Positions 20,447-30,549 of a DNA stretch of 64,000 bases are shown in pieces. Position 1 is the first letter of the stretch; each line of letters begins with the position of its first letter. The notes beneath the pieces were generated by a model that made no database searches, was not told the origin of the DNA, and saw nothing but the letters and a program-made list of their open reading frames with translations. A program made the translations under genes and the position numbers. The DNA comes from Candidatus Latescibacterota bacterium (GTDB lineage: Bacteria; Latescibacterota; UBA2968; SICM01), in contig CBDCJO010000002.1 of NCBI GenBank assembly GCA_965217865.1, positions 608,001 through 672,000 of the forward strand. The letters run 5' to 3'.

Positions 20447-21292
20447 ATGAATAATCCGGACGACGATCCGAAATATACGATGGGTCGCAGCTGGGAGGAG
20501 ACGGACCGGTTGATTCGGCAGTCGCGGCTGTATGAGGGTCTGACCCGGCGTTTTCTCAAGGAGGCGGGCCTGGTCAGCGGGATGAGGGTCCTCGATATCG
20601 GCAGTGGTGCCGGAGACGTGGCGCTGGCCGCAACTGAACTGGTTGGTCCGGCAGGTCAGGTTGTGGGCGTGGATGTCAACGGGAAGATTCTGGAAACGGC
20701 TCGAGTGCGGGTCGGAAAAGCGGGATGGACAAATGTCGAATTCGTGGCGGGGGACGCGCGAACCCTTGATCTGGGGGGCGACTTCGATGCCCTGGTGGGC
20801 CGGTTTGTCCTCATGTATATGTCCGACCCCTCAGAGGCTCTGAAACAATTCGCCGGGTGCCTTCGCCCGGGGGGCATCGTGGCTTTTCAGGAGATTGATT
20901 TCATGTTTCGACGCTCGTTTCATCCTCCGAATACCCCCCTTGCGAAAAAGCTGATCGGTTGGGCTATCGCAGTGTTTGAGTGTTCGGGTGTGCATACCGG
21001 TATGGGCTTCGACCTGTATCGTGCTTTCGTCGATGCCGGTCTGCCTGAACCTGTCCTGGAGGGCACGGTGCTGGGGGGCGGTTCAGCAGGGTGGCCCGGA
21101 TACGAATACATCGCTGACAGCGTTCAAAGCGTTCTTCCTCTTATGGAGGAGTATGGAATTGCAACCTCTGAAGAGGTGGATGTGAAGACGTTGCCGGAGC
21201 GGCTTCGGAAAGAAGTCGTTGCGGCGAAATCTCCGGTTTTATTGCCGATGAATATAACCGCATGGACACGGCTGACGATGGACAGCGCATGA
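20447..21292 (+). CDS. Class I SAM-dependent methyltransferase
   Basis: VLDIGSGAGDV, VVGVD, FDALVGRFVL, LRPGG. Confidence 0.9.
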   Translation: MNNPDDDPKYTMGRSWEETDRLIRQSRLYEGLTRRFLKEAGLVSGMRVLDIGSGAGDVALAATELVGPAGQVVGVDVNGKILETARVRVGKAGWTNVEFVAGDARTLDLGGDFDALVGRFVLMYMSDPSEALKQFAGCLRPGGIVAFQEIDFMFRRSFHPPNTPLAKKLIGWAIAVFECSGVHTGMGFDLYRAFVDAGLPEPVLEGTVLGGGSAGWPGYEYIADSVQSVLPLMEEYGIATSEEVDVKTLPERLRKEVVAAKSPVLLPMNITAWTRLTMDSA

Positions 21293-21419
21293 CCTATGAC
21301 ACGGGATGTTCCATGTTTTACATTTTATCAAATTATTCATTGTTTTATTAAGACTCTTTTAATATTTTGGGGCTGTCAACATTCGAAGATTCCCCGTATG
21401 TCGGGTAGCCTGCCGAACG

Positions 21420-21662
21420 GACCCTGGCACGTCTTGTCGAAGCAACGGAGCCCATGAGCACGGACCCTGCCGGGCTTCCGGCTTGCATTGAAGGGTAATC
21501 ATTGCCGGTTACTGGTCGGTTAGTTCCGGCAACTGACGCATCGTGTTCCGCTTCGAGGGGGTGCATGCCTACGACAATGAACTTGATCGATTACCACTAG
21601 TGAGGAGGACTCTGATATGCCGATGAAAACGCCACCCCATCCGGGCCTGTCCGTCCGTCACG
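21420..21662 (+). pseudogene. Decayed HigB toxin plus 5' fragment of HigA antitoxin
   Basis: Broken frames read TLARLVEATEP..LPGFRL..LKG..YWSVSSGN*RIVFRFEG..AYD..IDYH*, then MPMKTPPHPGLSVRH. Confidence 0.7.
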
Positions 21663-21718
21663 CTTTGGCTGATGCTCGAGAAGAACACCTTGCGTGACAC
21701 GCTCGCCGAGGTTCCCAA

Positions 21719-22140
21719 ATGAACGCTGCCGACGGCAGGACAGGAAGCAGCAGTGTGACCTCCAGCGCTGGAGACGATCCAGCGCTGGAGCATGTGCTGC
21801 TGACGGTGCTCGGGAAGAATCCGAAGTCGGCGCGTTACGCCCTTGGAGATCGGGAGGCTGAGGCCAAGCTCGCGCCCGTCGCCCTGTTCAACCTTCTGTG
21901 GCCAACAAAGCGCCCCGACCGTGTACTGGCCCTCTGCTGCACGCGTGAGGCGAAGCGGGATAGCTGGCCGCTGCTTTACGACGCTCTGGGTGACAGGTGC
22001 CAAGTGGTGTTGGTCGAGGTCTCCGGTGGCGATACTCAGGAGGATGTCAACGCCTACTTGGCGACAGTTGCCGACCACATTCCTCGGGATGTTGATCTGA
22101 CCGTGGACGTCACCCGCGGCTTCCGACATTTCTCGAAATT
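21719..22140 (+). pseudogene. Truncated Csx1/TM1812-type CARF protein
   Basis: VLLTVLG...ARYAL...LAPVAL...VLALCCTREA...LTVDVTRGFRHFS (DxTHG-like motif), then unrelated sequence. Confidence 0.7.
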
Positions 22141-22423
22141 GGATTCCAAACGGCACAATCGCTTTAAAAACAAACGACGAGAACATGCAAGATCAGTTTG
22201 CAGACCAGCGAGTCGACTACGGAAAGAAGATTGCTGAAATTAAGTCGGATATGGTTGAACTCAAGTGGATCGTGATCAAAACGGGAGTTGATCTATACGA
22301 AGAATCCCTTGAGGAATGGACCAAACACGTTTGGTTCATTATCACTTTGTCAAGTATATAATTACCAAATATTTCTGGGTAGTCAGCCAGCAGAAACGCG
22401 GTGGCTCGGGATAGGGCGCGCGC

Positions 22424-23830
22424 ATGACCTCGGAGGAATTCGCAGCCAAGAACTGGATCGACCGCCTCGCGCGGGCGCTTCGCAAACTGGACGAAGCACA
22501 GGAGCCTCACCTACAAGAATATTACAGACAGAATCCGCATACGCATGTCGTGTTCAAAGAACGGGGCGGCAATCCGCCAGCCTTTCCGCTGGACGATTTA
22601 CGCGACCTCTATGCCATGGCTTATCACAGCAACGTGTTCGGCGGAGAGGAGTATTACGAGCCCCTGTGCGCGGTGCTGGACCCCGTTCGGAGCATTATGC
22701 GGTCGCATCCCACGCTGGCGCGGGTCGCGAGTCCGATCATCGGCCGGGACGAATTCTGTATGGAAATCCTCAATATCGGCAACTCGACCTCCCCAGCGGA
22801 CCTGATCGCGGGACTGATGGCGCGTGCGGCAGAGCTGTCCGGCGACCGCTTCTGGACGGCGGCGGGCGAACTAAACGCGCTCCTCACTCCGGCCGCGGAA
22901 GGAGGACCGGCCGGTGTGACGGGAGAGCTGGATGTCGGATACGACGCGGTGCTGTTTTACGGCCTGACCCTGAAGGAAAGGATCGATGTCGTGGATGGCA
23001 TGGTGATCCTTCCTTTCAAACAGATGCGGGCGTTTGTGGACGAGAGCTTGGTGGAAGAGCTCGCCCCGCCGGGCGCCGGGTTCCACGACTGGCGATCGGT
23101 CGGGGCGGTGGTCAGACCGTTCCGGTGGAGACCCGCGTTCCGACGAAGCGGCTATGAAAGGGATCTGGGAGTGGAAAATCCGTGGCCTTTTTTCCGGGAG
23201 GCGCGGATCTTCCTGGAACTTCTTGCCGTGGCGCACGCGGCGCCGGTGCTGTGCCTTGCAACGTTGGCCCATTGCATCGACCGGTCCGCCGGTCGGCTCC
23301 TGGGTCTGGCGGATCATCACGGTAGCCTCCACCGTGGCCATACGGCGCAAAGTTCCGATGGGTTCGACGAGTGTCCAAAGCTAGAGCTGGAGAGGCTCGC
23401 CGAGGCGAGGAAAGCTTTCGAGAGCCGAGGGAGTGAGTGGTACGCCAGAGTGGCTCCGATCGTAGGTCGGCTTTCCGAAGCGCTCGCAAGGGACGGACGA
23501 TTCGCAGACGAAGTCAGGATCGTGGATGTCGCGATAGCGTTGGAAAGGATGTACGACCTGCCCCAGAGGAACATCTCCAGGAAATTGCGGAACAGGGTTT
23601 CCTCGTATCTGGGAACCGACGCGGAAAGCCGGGAAAGGGTTAAGGAGAGCGTCAAGGAGTTCTACGACGCACGGTCAAATATCGTTCACAGCGGGTTGGA
23701 CAATGTGTCTCCGCAGAGAAATCTCGAGGCGTTCGACAAGGGCTTCGACATCGCCAGAAGGACATTGTTCAAGCTGTTACACGAAGGCCCACCGGAGAAT
23801 TGGGACGAGTTGGTGATCGCGGGCAACTGA
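22424..23830 (+). CDS. HEPN-domain protein (ApeA-like C-terminus)
   Basis: IVDVAIALERMY...KLRNRVSSYLG...FYDARSNIVHSG (Rx4H). Confidence 0.8.
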   Translation: MTSEEFAAKNWIDRLARALRKLDEAQEPHLQEYYRQNPHTHVVFKERGGNPPAFPLDDLRDLYAMAYHSNVFGGEEYYEPLCAVLDPVRSIMRSHPTLARVASPIIGRDEFCMEILNIGNSTSPADLIAGLMARAAELSGDRFWTAAGELNALLTPAAEGGPAGVTGELDVGYDAVLFYGLTLKERIDVVDGMVILPFKQMRAFVDESLVEELAPPGAGFHDWRSVGAVVRPFRWRPAFRRSGYERDLGVENPWPFFREARIFLELLAVAHAAPVLCLATLAHCIDRSAGRLLGLADHHGSLHRGHTAQSSDGFDECPKLELERLAEARKAFESRGSEWYARVAPIVGRLSEALARDGRFADEVRIVDVAIALERMYDLPQRNISRKLRNRVSSYLGTDAESRERVKESVKEFYDARSNIVHSGLDNVSPQRNLEAFDKGFDIARRTLFKLLHEGPPENWDELVIAGN

Positions 23831-23877
23831 GCCGAAGCGGCCAGGTGCGATCGGCGAAGCCACGCACGTATCAGATC

Positions 23878-24786
23878 ATGCCGCACGCAGAGTACAAGGC
23901 GCTTGGGAGTATCGCGGAGCGCAATCAGGTCTACTGGCAGGAAATCCTCTACCGCGCGCACTTCGGGGCCTGCGCGGCGCTGATGCGGCTTCGCGAGTGG
24001 CTGCACGGAAGCGAGCGCGCAGTCGCAGATGAGAACGTGCTGATGCTGGCCTCGGGAATTCGTGGTTTCTTGGAGGCCGCGGCGGATACCTTTCAGTCCT
24101 TTTCAGATGTGCCGTCCAACCTGGCCGACTGCCACATGGTGGTGCGCAGGGCGATTAAAGGTAAGTTGTCCGAGCAGCCGGTTGTGGCACCAGAACTCGA
24201 AAGCATGCTCATTTATTTTGCGTATGCGCGGAAACTCAAGCCAGACGAAGGCCCGGCCCTGCACAGTGCCACGACGGCGAAGGATACGATATCAGCAATC
24301 GAAGAGTCAGTACCGGCGATTGGTAGCGTTTACGCGGCGCTCTGCGACTACGCGCACCCAGCCCGGTCGAGTGTGTTCCGTTTCGCCGGTGAGATAACGC
24401 AGCCGGACAAGGTCACGTTTGACCCGCATGTTGGGCCGGAGAAGACTCACGAGATTCTCACGCTATCTGGGGAGGTCGGTCGTATGGCGCTGATGCTCGG
24501 TGTGGTGCCGGTCGTAATGACACTGAAGGTGCTGAACGATTTCGCGTTTGTACCCGTGGCTACGCGTTGGGCGGATGGAGTCTCGCTGCCCTTCTCGGAT
24601 GTGTGGCGCGAACTGAAACGCCGCCTGCAAAGCCAAACGGCGACGCGGGTCGCGACGGGCGCAGAATCAGACAAGCTCTGGGCCGATACCATGGGGCAAT
24701 ACCGTCCCGTGGGGAAGGCGAAGCGCCGACGCAAGGACAACAAGCAAGAGCTTGCAAGAGGGACCGCAAGGGAGGATTCGTTCTGA
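23878..24786 (+). CDS. Hypothetical helical protein with HEPN-like (DUF5677-like) motifs
   Basis: IRGFLEAAAD...VYAALCDYAHP; start taken at ATG 23878 (MPHAEY). Confidence 0.55.
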   Translation: MPHAEYKALGSIAERNQVYWQEILYRAHFGACAALMRLREWLHGSERAVADENVLMLASGIRGFLEAAADTFQSFSDVPSNLADCHMVVRRAIKGKLSEQPVVAPELESMLIYFAYARKLKPDEGPALHSATTAKDTISAIEESVPAIGSVYAALCDYAHPARSSVFRFAGEITQPDKVTFDPHVGPEKTHEILTLSGEVGRMALMLGVVPVVMTLKVLNDFAFVPVATRWADGVSLPFSDVWRELKRRLQSQTATRVATGAESDKLWADTMGQYRPVGKAKRRRKDNKQELARGTAREDSF

Positions 24787-24868
24787 CACCTCTTCTTCAG
24801 ACCCTTTGTGGGCTTCCCTTGCGCTGAAAATCCTCTAGACGTCAGTCGTCACCCACTGTTTCAATTGG

Positions 24869-25718
24869 GAGCCCTTTGAACGACAACCCAAATACCAGGT
24901 CAAGACCTCCCAGAGACAGAAACGCGAGAACGTGAAAGCCCGGATCATCCGGGAGCGCGGCTTCAAAAACATCCGACTTGCCAGTGAACGTGTTGCCGGG
25001 GTTTCGTATCGTCCTGCTCGATGCAGGAAGACCTGTCGACTCGTGATCCTCGAAAAGAACCTGAGCGTCGAACGCGGCGAAAACGCCCTGTTCGATGACA
25101 AGCGCTATTTCTTCTACATTACCACCCGAAAAGATCTTACGGCCGCGGAAATCGTGAGGCTGGCCAATGGACGGTGCGATCAGGAAAACGTGATTGAACA
25201 ACTCAAGAACGGGGTCAACGCCATGCGGATGCCCGTCGACAACCTGATGAGCAACTGGGCTTACATGGTCATGACCGCCCTGGCGTGGAACCTCAAAGCC
25301 TGGTTCGCGTTGATGATCCGAAAGCGTGAGCGTCGCGATCAACTTCTGAGAATGAAGTTTCGCGCCTTCCTCCAGAATCTGATCTGGATCCCTTGCCAGA
25401 TCGTGACCCGGGGAAGACAGATCATCTATCGTGTCTTGGGCTACAACCGGTGGATGACTGACTTCTTCCCGGCCTGGAACAGAATCAGATGGCTCAAACC
25501 GGCCTGACTGCCATGTCAGCACCTGTCGTCGTAACATCACAGGGACAAGTCCGTCCACCCCGGCTAAAACACGTCCGCAAACTCAGTTAATTAGACAATC
25601 GCATGCCGAAACAATCACAAAAACAGCCCAGACATCATCTCCACCAAGTCACAAGTCTGAAATGCTCCGAAATCTTGTATAACACACCGCTCAACAAGCC
25701 TATTCGCTTATTTTAGGG
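24869..25718 (+). mobile_element. IS1380-family 3' fragment (transposase C-terminus to 25507, plus right end)
   Basis: YFFYIT, ANGRCDQENVIEQLKNG, SNWAYMVMTALAWNLKAW; putative terminus attcgcttattttaggg near 25718. Confidence 0.8.
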
Positions 25719-25800
25719 CTAGTGCGAAAATAGCAGCCGGGTCAACACTCGTGGGAGCTGTTCGGTACAGATCAGCCGTTGGAATTGGAGGAGATATCGG

Positions 25801-26391
25801 ATGCTGAAAAAAGGGTTTAGGCGCGTTATCAAATCCGGAGTCTTCGTATGGCCGTGGACCGAGTCGCATGGTCTGCTGGTTATTGGCGGAGCGCCTGGTG
25901 GGGGGGGCGGCGGCGGCGGCGCATTCTGTCTCAAAGACCTGAATCTTTACGGTGCGGGCGGTGGCGGGGGTGGTGGCGGCAGCGAGGAAACTAGCGTGAA
26001 GCGTGGAAAAACGACCTATCAGGCGGCGGGTGGTAATGGCGGCGACGGCGGCGATGGGGGTGGGCTTCACGAGGGCAAGCCTGTCGAAGGTAAGCACGGC
26101 AAGGGATGCCACTACGGCGATGGCGGCGATGGCGGACGTGGGGCGGTCGTGCCTCCGACCGACGGCCGCCTCGCGTCAAATGGCGGTAATGGCGGCAAGG
26201 GCTTTCCGGGAGAAACTCAGATTGTTGAACTTGCCGATCTGTCTGTCGGTGATCGTTTCGAGATCAAAATTGGTAGAGGCGGCGTCGGTGGCGACGGCGG
26301 CAAAGGCTACGAGAAAGGCGATGTAGGTGTCGCTGGAGCAGACGGATTTGTGCTTTTTGTTCCAGTGTTAGCGGAAGAGGGAGACAGATAA
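25801..26391 (+). CDS. Glycine-rich domain protein
   Basis: Poly-Gly tracts, GGDGG repeats, EIKIGRGG, GADGFVLF; stop overlaps the next start. Confidence 0.7.
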   Translation: MLKKGFRRVIKSGVFVWPWTESHGLLVIGGAPGGGGGGGGAFCLKDLNLYGAGGGGGGGGSEETSVKRGKTTYQAAGGNGGDGGDGGGLHEGKPVEGKHGKGCHYGDGGDGGRGAVVPPTDGRLASNGGNGGKGFPGETQIVELADLSVGDRFEIKIGRGGVGGDGGKGYEKGDVGVAGADGFVLFVPVLAEEGDR

Positions 26392-27005
26392 TGCTGTCTG
26401 GACGGGCAGAAGCCGGACACGCAAGCAAGCTAGACAGCCTGCCGGCGGCGATGGACTTGAAAGGCTTTGGCGTTCTAGGAGACGGATGCCTTCGGATTGA
26501 CGAAAGCTGTCACCTACCAAAAATGACATGGATTCCGAATCGGAATATCGAATTTACCTTCTTCAGTCAGGACGATGGTAAGGTCAAAGAGACGTTCCGA
26601 GCCTTGGAGCGGTTCAACGCTGAGGCGGTTGCGTTAGGTGGTGCAAGCGATAAGTTGGATGCCTACATGTCGCGTATGAAGATCTTGCAGAATGAGGCTA
26701 TGCATGACGGCTATGTACTGAATCTTTCCTCCGAAATCGATTTCCGGCAGTTTGTTCGGGCCGGGCCTGACATTCGGAAAGGCAACTTGGTGTTGATGGA
26801 TAACGGAAACCTGAGAGCGATCTGGAAGAATGAACAGGGATCGCGTCTAGGCTTGCAGTTCCTTGGCGGCAGAATGGTGCAGTATGTGATCTTCAAGCGG
26901 CGCAAGCATGGACAACCGATTTCGAGGGTCACTGGACGCGATTCCTTGGAAGGACTGGAACAGCAGATTGATGCCTTTGAACTGTATTCGTTGCTCTACG
27001 AATGA
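26391..27005 (+). CDS. Hypothetical protein
   Basis: 204-aa ORF with start/stop overlaps on both sides. Confidence 0.6.
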   Translation: MLSGRAEAGHASKLDSLPAAMDLKGFGVLGDGCLRIDESCHLPKMTWIPNRNIEFTFFSQDDGKVKETFRALERFNAEAVALGGASDKLDAYMSRMKILQNEAMHDGYVLNLSSEIDFRQFVRAGPDIRKGNLVLMDNGNLRAIWKNEQGSRLGLQFLGGRMVQYVIFKRRKHGQPISRVTGRDSLEGLEQQIDAFELYSLLYE

Positions 27006-27460
27006 AGCGGGACGATCTGCCTGCGGGCGACCAAATCGTCCGTTACGTCAAGCCGAGCATGATCCAAGAGGATGGGACCGCTGACGGTTCGGACTTCCGT
27101 TTACGCTCCGCCAGACCGGACGAAACAGGCCTGTCTGTCAATTGGCTCAAGGCCTTTGAACCGGGAAAGGTCCATCAACTGGGCGAAGTGCGACGTTTGT
27201 ACCGTCTGCACTTAAGGCCAAACGGGCGTTTTGCGGAGATGAATGTTGGCACTGTCATACGCGAGGTAGCCAAGGAGTTGGACACGCTGCGCATTATCCA
27301 CGATCCACTTGAAGCAACGGAAGGTTTCGATGCCAACCCTTCGCATGCAGAAATTATCGGTCTGCCGCCGGGAGATTCCGATCAAGCTGTATTGGTGGGC
27401 GATCTCATCGCGGAGTGCGTAATCGACATGCACCCGGCGATCGTCAGGCATGACGGATGA
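27002..27460 (+). CDS. Hypothetical protein, possible RES/ADP-ribosyltransferase-like fold
   Basis: IVRY...FRL...DETGLSVNWL...PSHAEIIGLP; ATGA overlap with the upstream gene. Confidence 0.55.
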   Translation: MKRDDLPAGDQIVRYVKPSMIQEDGTADGSDFRLRSARPDETGLSVNWLKAFEPGKVHQLGEVRRLYRLHLRPNGRFAEMNVGTVIREVAKELDTLRIIHDPLEATEGFDANPSHAEIIGLPPGDSDQAVLVGDLIAECVIDMHPAIVRHDG

Positions 27461-27499
27461 AATCTTGGCTCGATCGCAAGGCCTTCATTATGCTTGGCG

Positions 27500-27827
27500 T
27501 CAGCCATCGCGAAAGTCGTCAAACCCAGCTTCAACGTTGGCGAACGGCTTGTAGTCCTCGAGCGAGAAGCCATCGAGGTCCTGGAACAATTCAAAGACCA
27601 CCTTGCGAGCTTCGGTGGCATTTGACATTGCCGCCTCGAGCTCCTCCTTCGTGCGACGCAGCTCTGGATCGGAGAGTGCTTCCCGGTAAAGCGTGTCGTA
27701 GGTCAAACGCTCCGAAAGCTGCCCGAGGACTTGCAGCCGGAGATCCTCCGCGACGTAAAAAGTCGTAGACATCCACCTTTATTCCGATCTGGACGTTGAA
27801 ATAGAGCCGGGTGGGGACGTAACGCAC
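27500..27827 (-). pseudogene. Internal fragment of a larger gene, possibly an SNF2-type helicase
   Basis: Frameshifted piece VAEDLRLQVLGQLSERLTYDTLYREALSDPELRRTKEELEAAMSNA...VFELFQDLDGF. Confidence 0.4.
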
Positions 27828-28030
27828 GTGTACGTCTTTTTTCTCATTGCTACCTTCATTCTCGTTATTGCTGCAGTAAACTTCGTTAACCTAACCATGT
27901 CGATGGCCGGGAAAAGATCAAAAGAGATAGGAGTGCGCAAAACAGCCGGTGCACAAAGGCGACAACTCGCTCAACAGCTCATCGGAGAGTCAGTTGTATT
28001 GAGTCTATTTGCAGCATTGTTCGCCTTGGG
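27828..28030 (+). pseudogene. ABC transporter (FtsX-like) permease fragment
   Basis: IAAVNFVNL...KRSKEIGVRKTAGAQRRQLAQQLIGES. Confidence 0.8.
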
Positions 28031-29094
28031 GGACGGACTTTTTCATAGAACTCCTTCTGGTCAAAACCAAGATCCCTATGCAGGAAGTCGACAATTTTGG
28101 GCGTTGTTGCTTCCCCCACTCCGATTATAGGTATTTTCGACGACTCGACCAAGGAAATCGACGCGTATGGTACTTTCTTGTGCAAAGACAGGGCTGCCAG
28201 GTATCCAGCTGAACCGCCACCTATTACGCCAATGGAAAATCGATTGTCGACTCCCGCCTTGTAGCGTTTTTTAAGTGTAAACGCGTGACCATCTCTATAA
28301 GGAAAATGACTCTTAATGGCGACCGAAATGGATGCTTTTACAACCAGAGGGTTGTGTTCCTGAGTTGGCTGGCGCGAACAACGTGGGCAGTTCTCAATCG
28401 GTGAAATCAGATCACTACTTGCTCGCAGTGTCGTCGATTCCTCACGCGACAAGACCTCGATTTCGTCCACATACCGGGGGGATGGTCTATCTTCCTTTCC
28501 AAGGATGCGATGAACTTCCCGCGCCGTTCGCAGCGCGATTTGCTGTCTAAGAAGATCGTCTTGGGCGCTATTACCTAAAGTCGAGCATTGCCTTTGCCTG
28601 ATATTCGCCAATCCTTTTCTGTTCCAATGAGAAACACTGCAGCTAAAACAAGTAGATATTCCCGGTAGTACCGTAGGTCCCAAAACGGCTTTGCCCCTTG
28701 TTATACACACAAAGACACAAGGTACCGATGCTTCTACGCACGCCTCATCTACTTCGAAGAGCGTGAGATACTTGCAACCCTCAATGGCACATATTGCAGC
28801 ATCATATCCCTTCACAATAGTAACGAGGTTGGTCACCTCGACATCACCTGCAGACAACCCACGCCTATTTTCGTTCCCCGATTTTCCCTCACGTACCATG
28901 CGCTCACGGGCCTCACTAACACTCCTTTCTCCCTTCTTGCAGCCCGTGACGGAGGCTACGTTCCAATACACCGATCTAATACACTCTATTTTTTGAAGGC
29001 TGCGGCAGATGGTATCGCCTAGCTGCGAATTGCCAAGGAGAGCAACACGCACAAGCCCTAATGAGGCAGGCATAATTTCCTCTTCTTCAATCAT
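27979..29094 (-). pseudogene. E1/ThiF-like (TOMM cyclodehydratase C-type) domain fused to a flavin-dependent tryptophan-halogenase N-terminus, truncated
   Basis: VLGPTVLPGISTCFSC and ENCPRC, then IGVIGGGSAGYLAAL...LVESSKIPIIGVGEATTP; the frame degenerates where the opposite-strand ABC fragment begins. Confidence 0.75.
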
Positions 29095-29186
29095 TTCGTG
29101 GGGCCAACGTTGTTGTCTCGGATGTGCAGCCCTTACAAAACCTATTTGAGCGCAAGTCCCAGCGGGGATAGTAAGCCGTGACGTCT

Positions 29187-30119
29187 TCAGATATTCTGCA
29201 CGTGTGTAATTTCCAAATCGTAATTTTTGCGAAGTTCTTTCAAAAGAGTGGATTCGATAAACTTGCATTGCTCCTTCGGCGTATATCCACTATGCCGCGA
29301 GCGACATATGTCAATGATCTTAGGCTTGAGACTCTTTCGCTTAAGTTGGTGACCAAACCTTTCAATGGTTTTCCGAATTGAATTCCTATCATTAACGCGT
29401 TTGAGCTCACATTTGTAATGATATTTATAGCCGTCTATCAAGTAATAGTACTTGTCGCCAGACTGAACAACCTCAACCCTATTGCGTAATAGCCGTAGCC
29501 GCATGGGGTGATATATGTCGTTTACGAATTCATTGTACTCATCTTTCGTAATCTCAATGGTAACTGGCTCAATGAAAGGTGGATAATTAATGGCCGAGAA
29601 ATAATCAAGATCTATGTCAAGAACATGATCTCGCATGGCGGGAATTTGCTCGACTGTCCTAAGATGCACCCTCACTTCTCGAAGATCCTCGACATTGGTC
29701 TTCGGAGGATTTTTTTCAAAGAACAATCGTCTCCCCTTTCCCCCATGTGAGTACACATACCGGCTGTACGTCCTACGCTTAAACCGCGGACCTTCCCGCC
29801 TTACCCAATACAGCTTTCCAAAGATCCCCTGACAAAAGGCGGGAACAATAAAGGAAGCAATGTTTAGTTCTTTGTTTGTAAAACGTTTCAGGCTTTCTAG
29901 GCTCGCCGTTGCGTCCGGCAACGACTCGTTACATGATGGTCGATAATTGTCGGGGTGCTCATCAACATGTAATAGAGCGTTGCCTTCAGGCTTGATAAGC
30001 TCTTTCTGAAGCGCATAGTTCCAAACATAGAAGGCCTCGTTGTGCTCTTCTACGATGAAGGTTCTTACACGCCGCCTTCTAGTCCCATCTCTTGCCTCTT
30101 CTTCGGAGCTACCCATCAT
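29187..30119 (-). CDS. UPF0489 family protein (peptide-arginase/OspR-like)
   Basis: IVEEHNEAF, LLHVDEHPD, LNIASFIVPA, VLDIDLDYFS, ICRSRHSGYTP. Confidence 0.82.
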   Translation of the reverse strand: MMGSSEEEARDGTRRRRVRTFIVEEHNEAFYVWNYALQKELIKPEGNALLHVDEHPDNYRPSCNESLPDATASLESLKRFTNKELNIASFIVPAFCQGIFGKLYWVRREGPRFKRRTYSRYVYSHGGKGRRLFFEKNPPKTNVEDLREVRVHLRTVEQIPAMRDHVLDIDLDYFSAINYPPFIEPVTIEITKDEYNEFVNDIYHPMRLRLLRNRVEVVQSGDKYYYLIDGYKYHYKCELKRVNDRNSIRKTIERFGHQLKRKSLKPKIIDICRSRHSGYTPKEQCKFIESTLLKELRKNYDLEITHVQNI

Positions 30120-30159
30120 CTACACAGCACCTCAATGTTCCCTGTACGAGTAAACAGGG

Positions 30160-30259
30160 ACGACGTCGGAGCATCCCCTGGGACATATTACGCATTCTTT
30201 TGGTAGGCTACTTCGAAGGCCTGAAATCGGAACGGGCTATGCCATAGATCAACGGGCTG
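30160..30259 (+). mobile_element. Miniature relic of the IS1182/IS5-like element
   Basis: Encodes RRSIP..ILRILLVGYFEGLKSERAM (full IS: RMLLIGYFEGLDSERGI) and ends in tcaacgggctg+CTAG, matching the IS terminal repeat. Confidence 0.75.
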
Positions 30260-30514
30260 CTAGTCTCTAGCCGTCCGGTGCAGCAATTCTCTCTCAACAC
30301 ACTCACGAATGTGCCGGAAGCTACTGAAGAACTCCATACTCACTGCATCATCCAAATCCACTTCGAATTCGTCCTCGATTACCACGAGAAATTCCACAGC
30401 GCGCAATGAATCTCTGAGTATCTCTGAAAGCAACCCATCTTCCGTAATAGATTCCTCGACATCTGGGACCAATCCACGCGCTAACTCCGTTATTCGGGAC
30501 TCGATGTCTACCAT
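30260..30514 (-). CDS. Acyl carrier protein
   Basis: 84 aa, acidic; LRDSLRAVEFLVVIEDEFEV phosphopantetheine Ser motif. Confidence 0.85.
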   Translation of the reverse strand: MVDIESRITELARGLVPDVEESITEDGLLSEILRDSLRAVEFLVVIEDEFEVDLDDAVSMEFFSSFRHIRECVERELLHRTARD

Positions 30515-30549
30515 TTCAGTCTCTCATATACTTCTATAGCGCTGTCACC

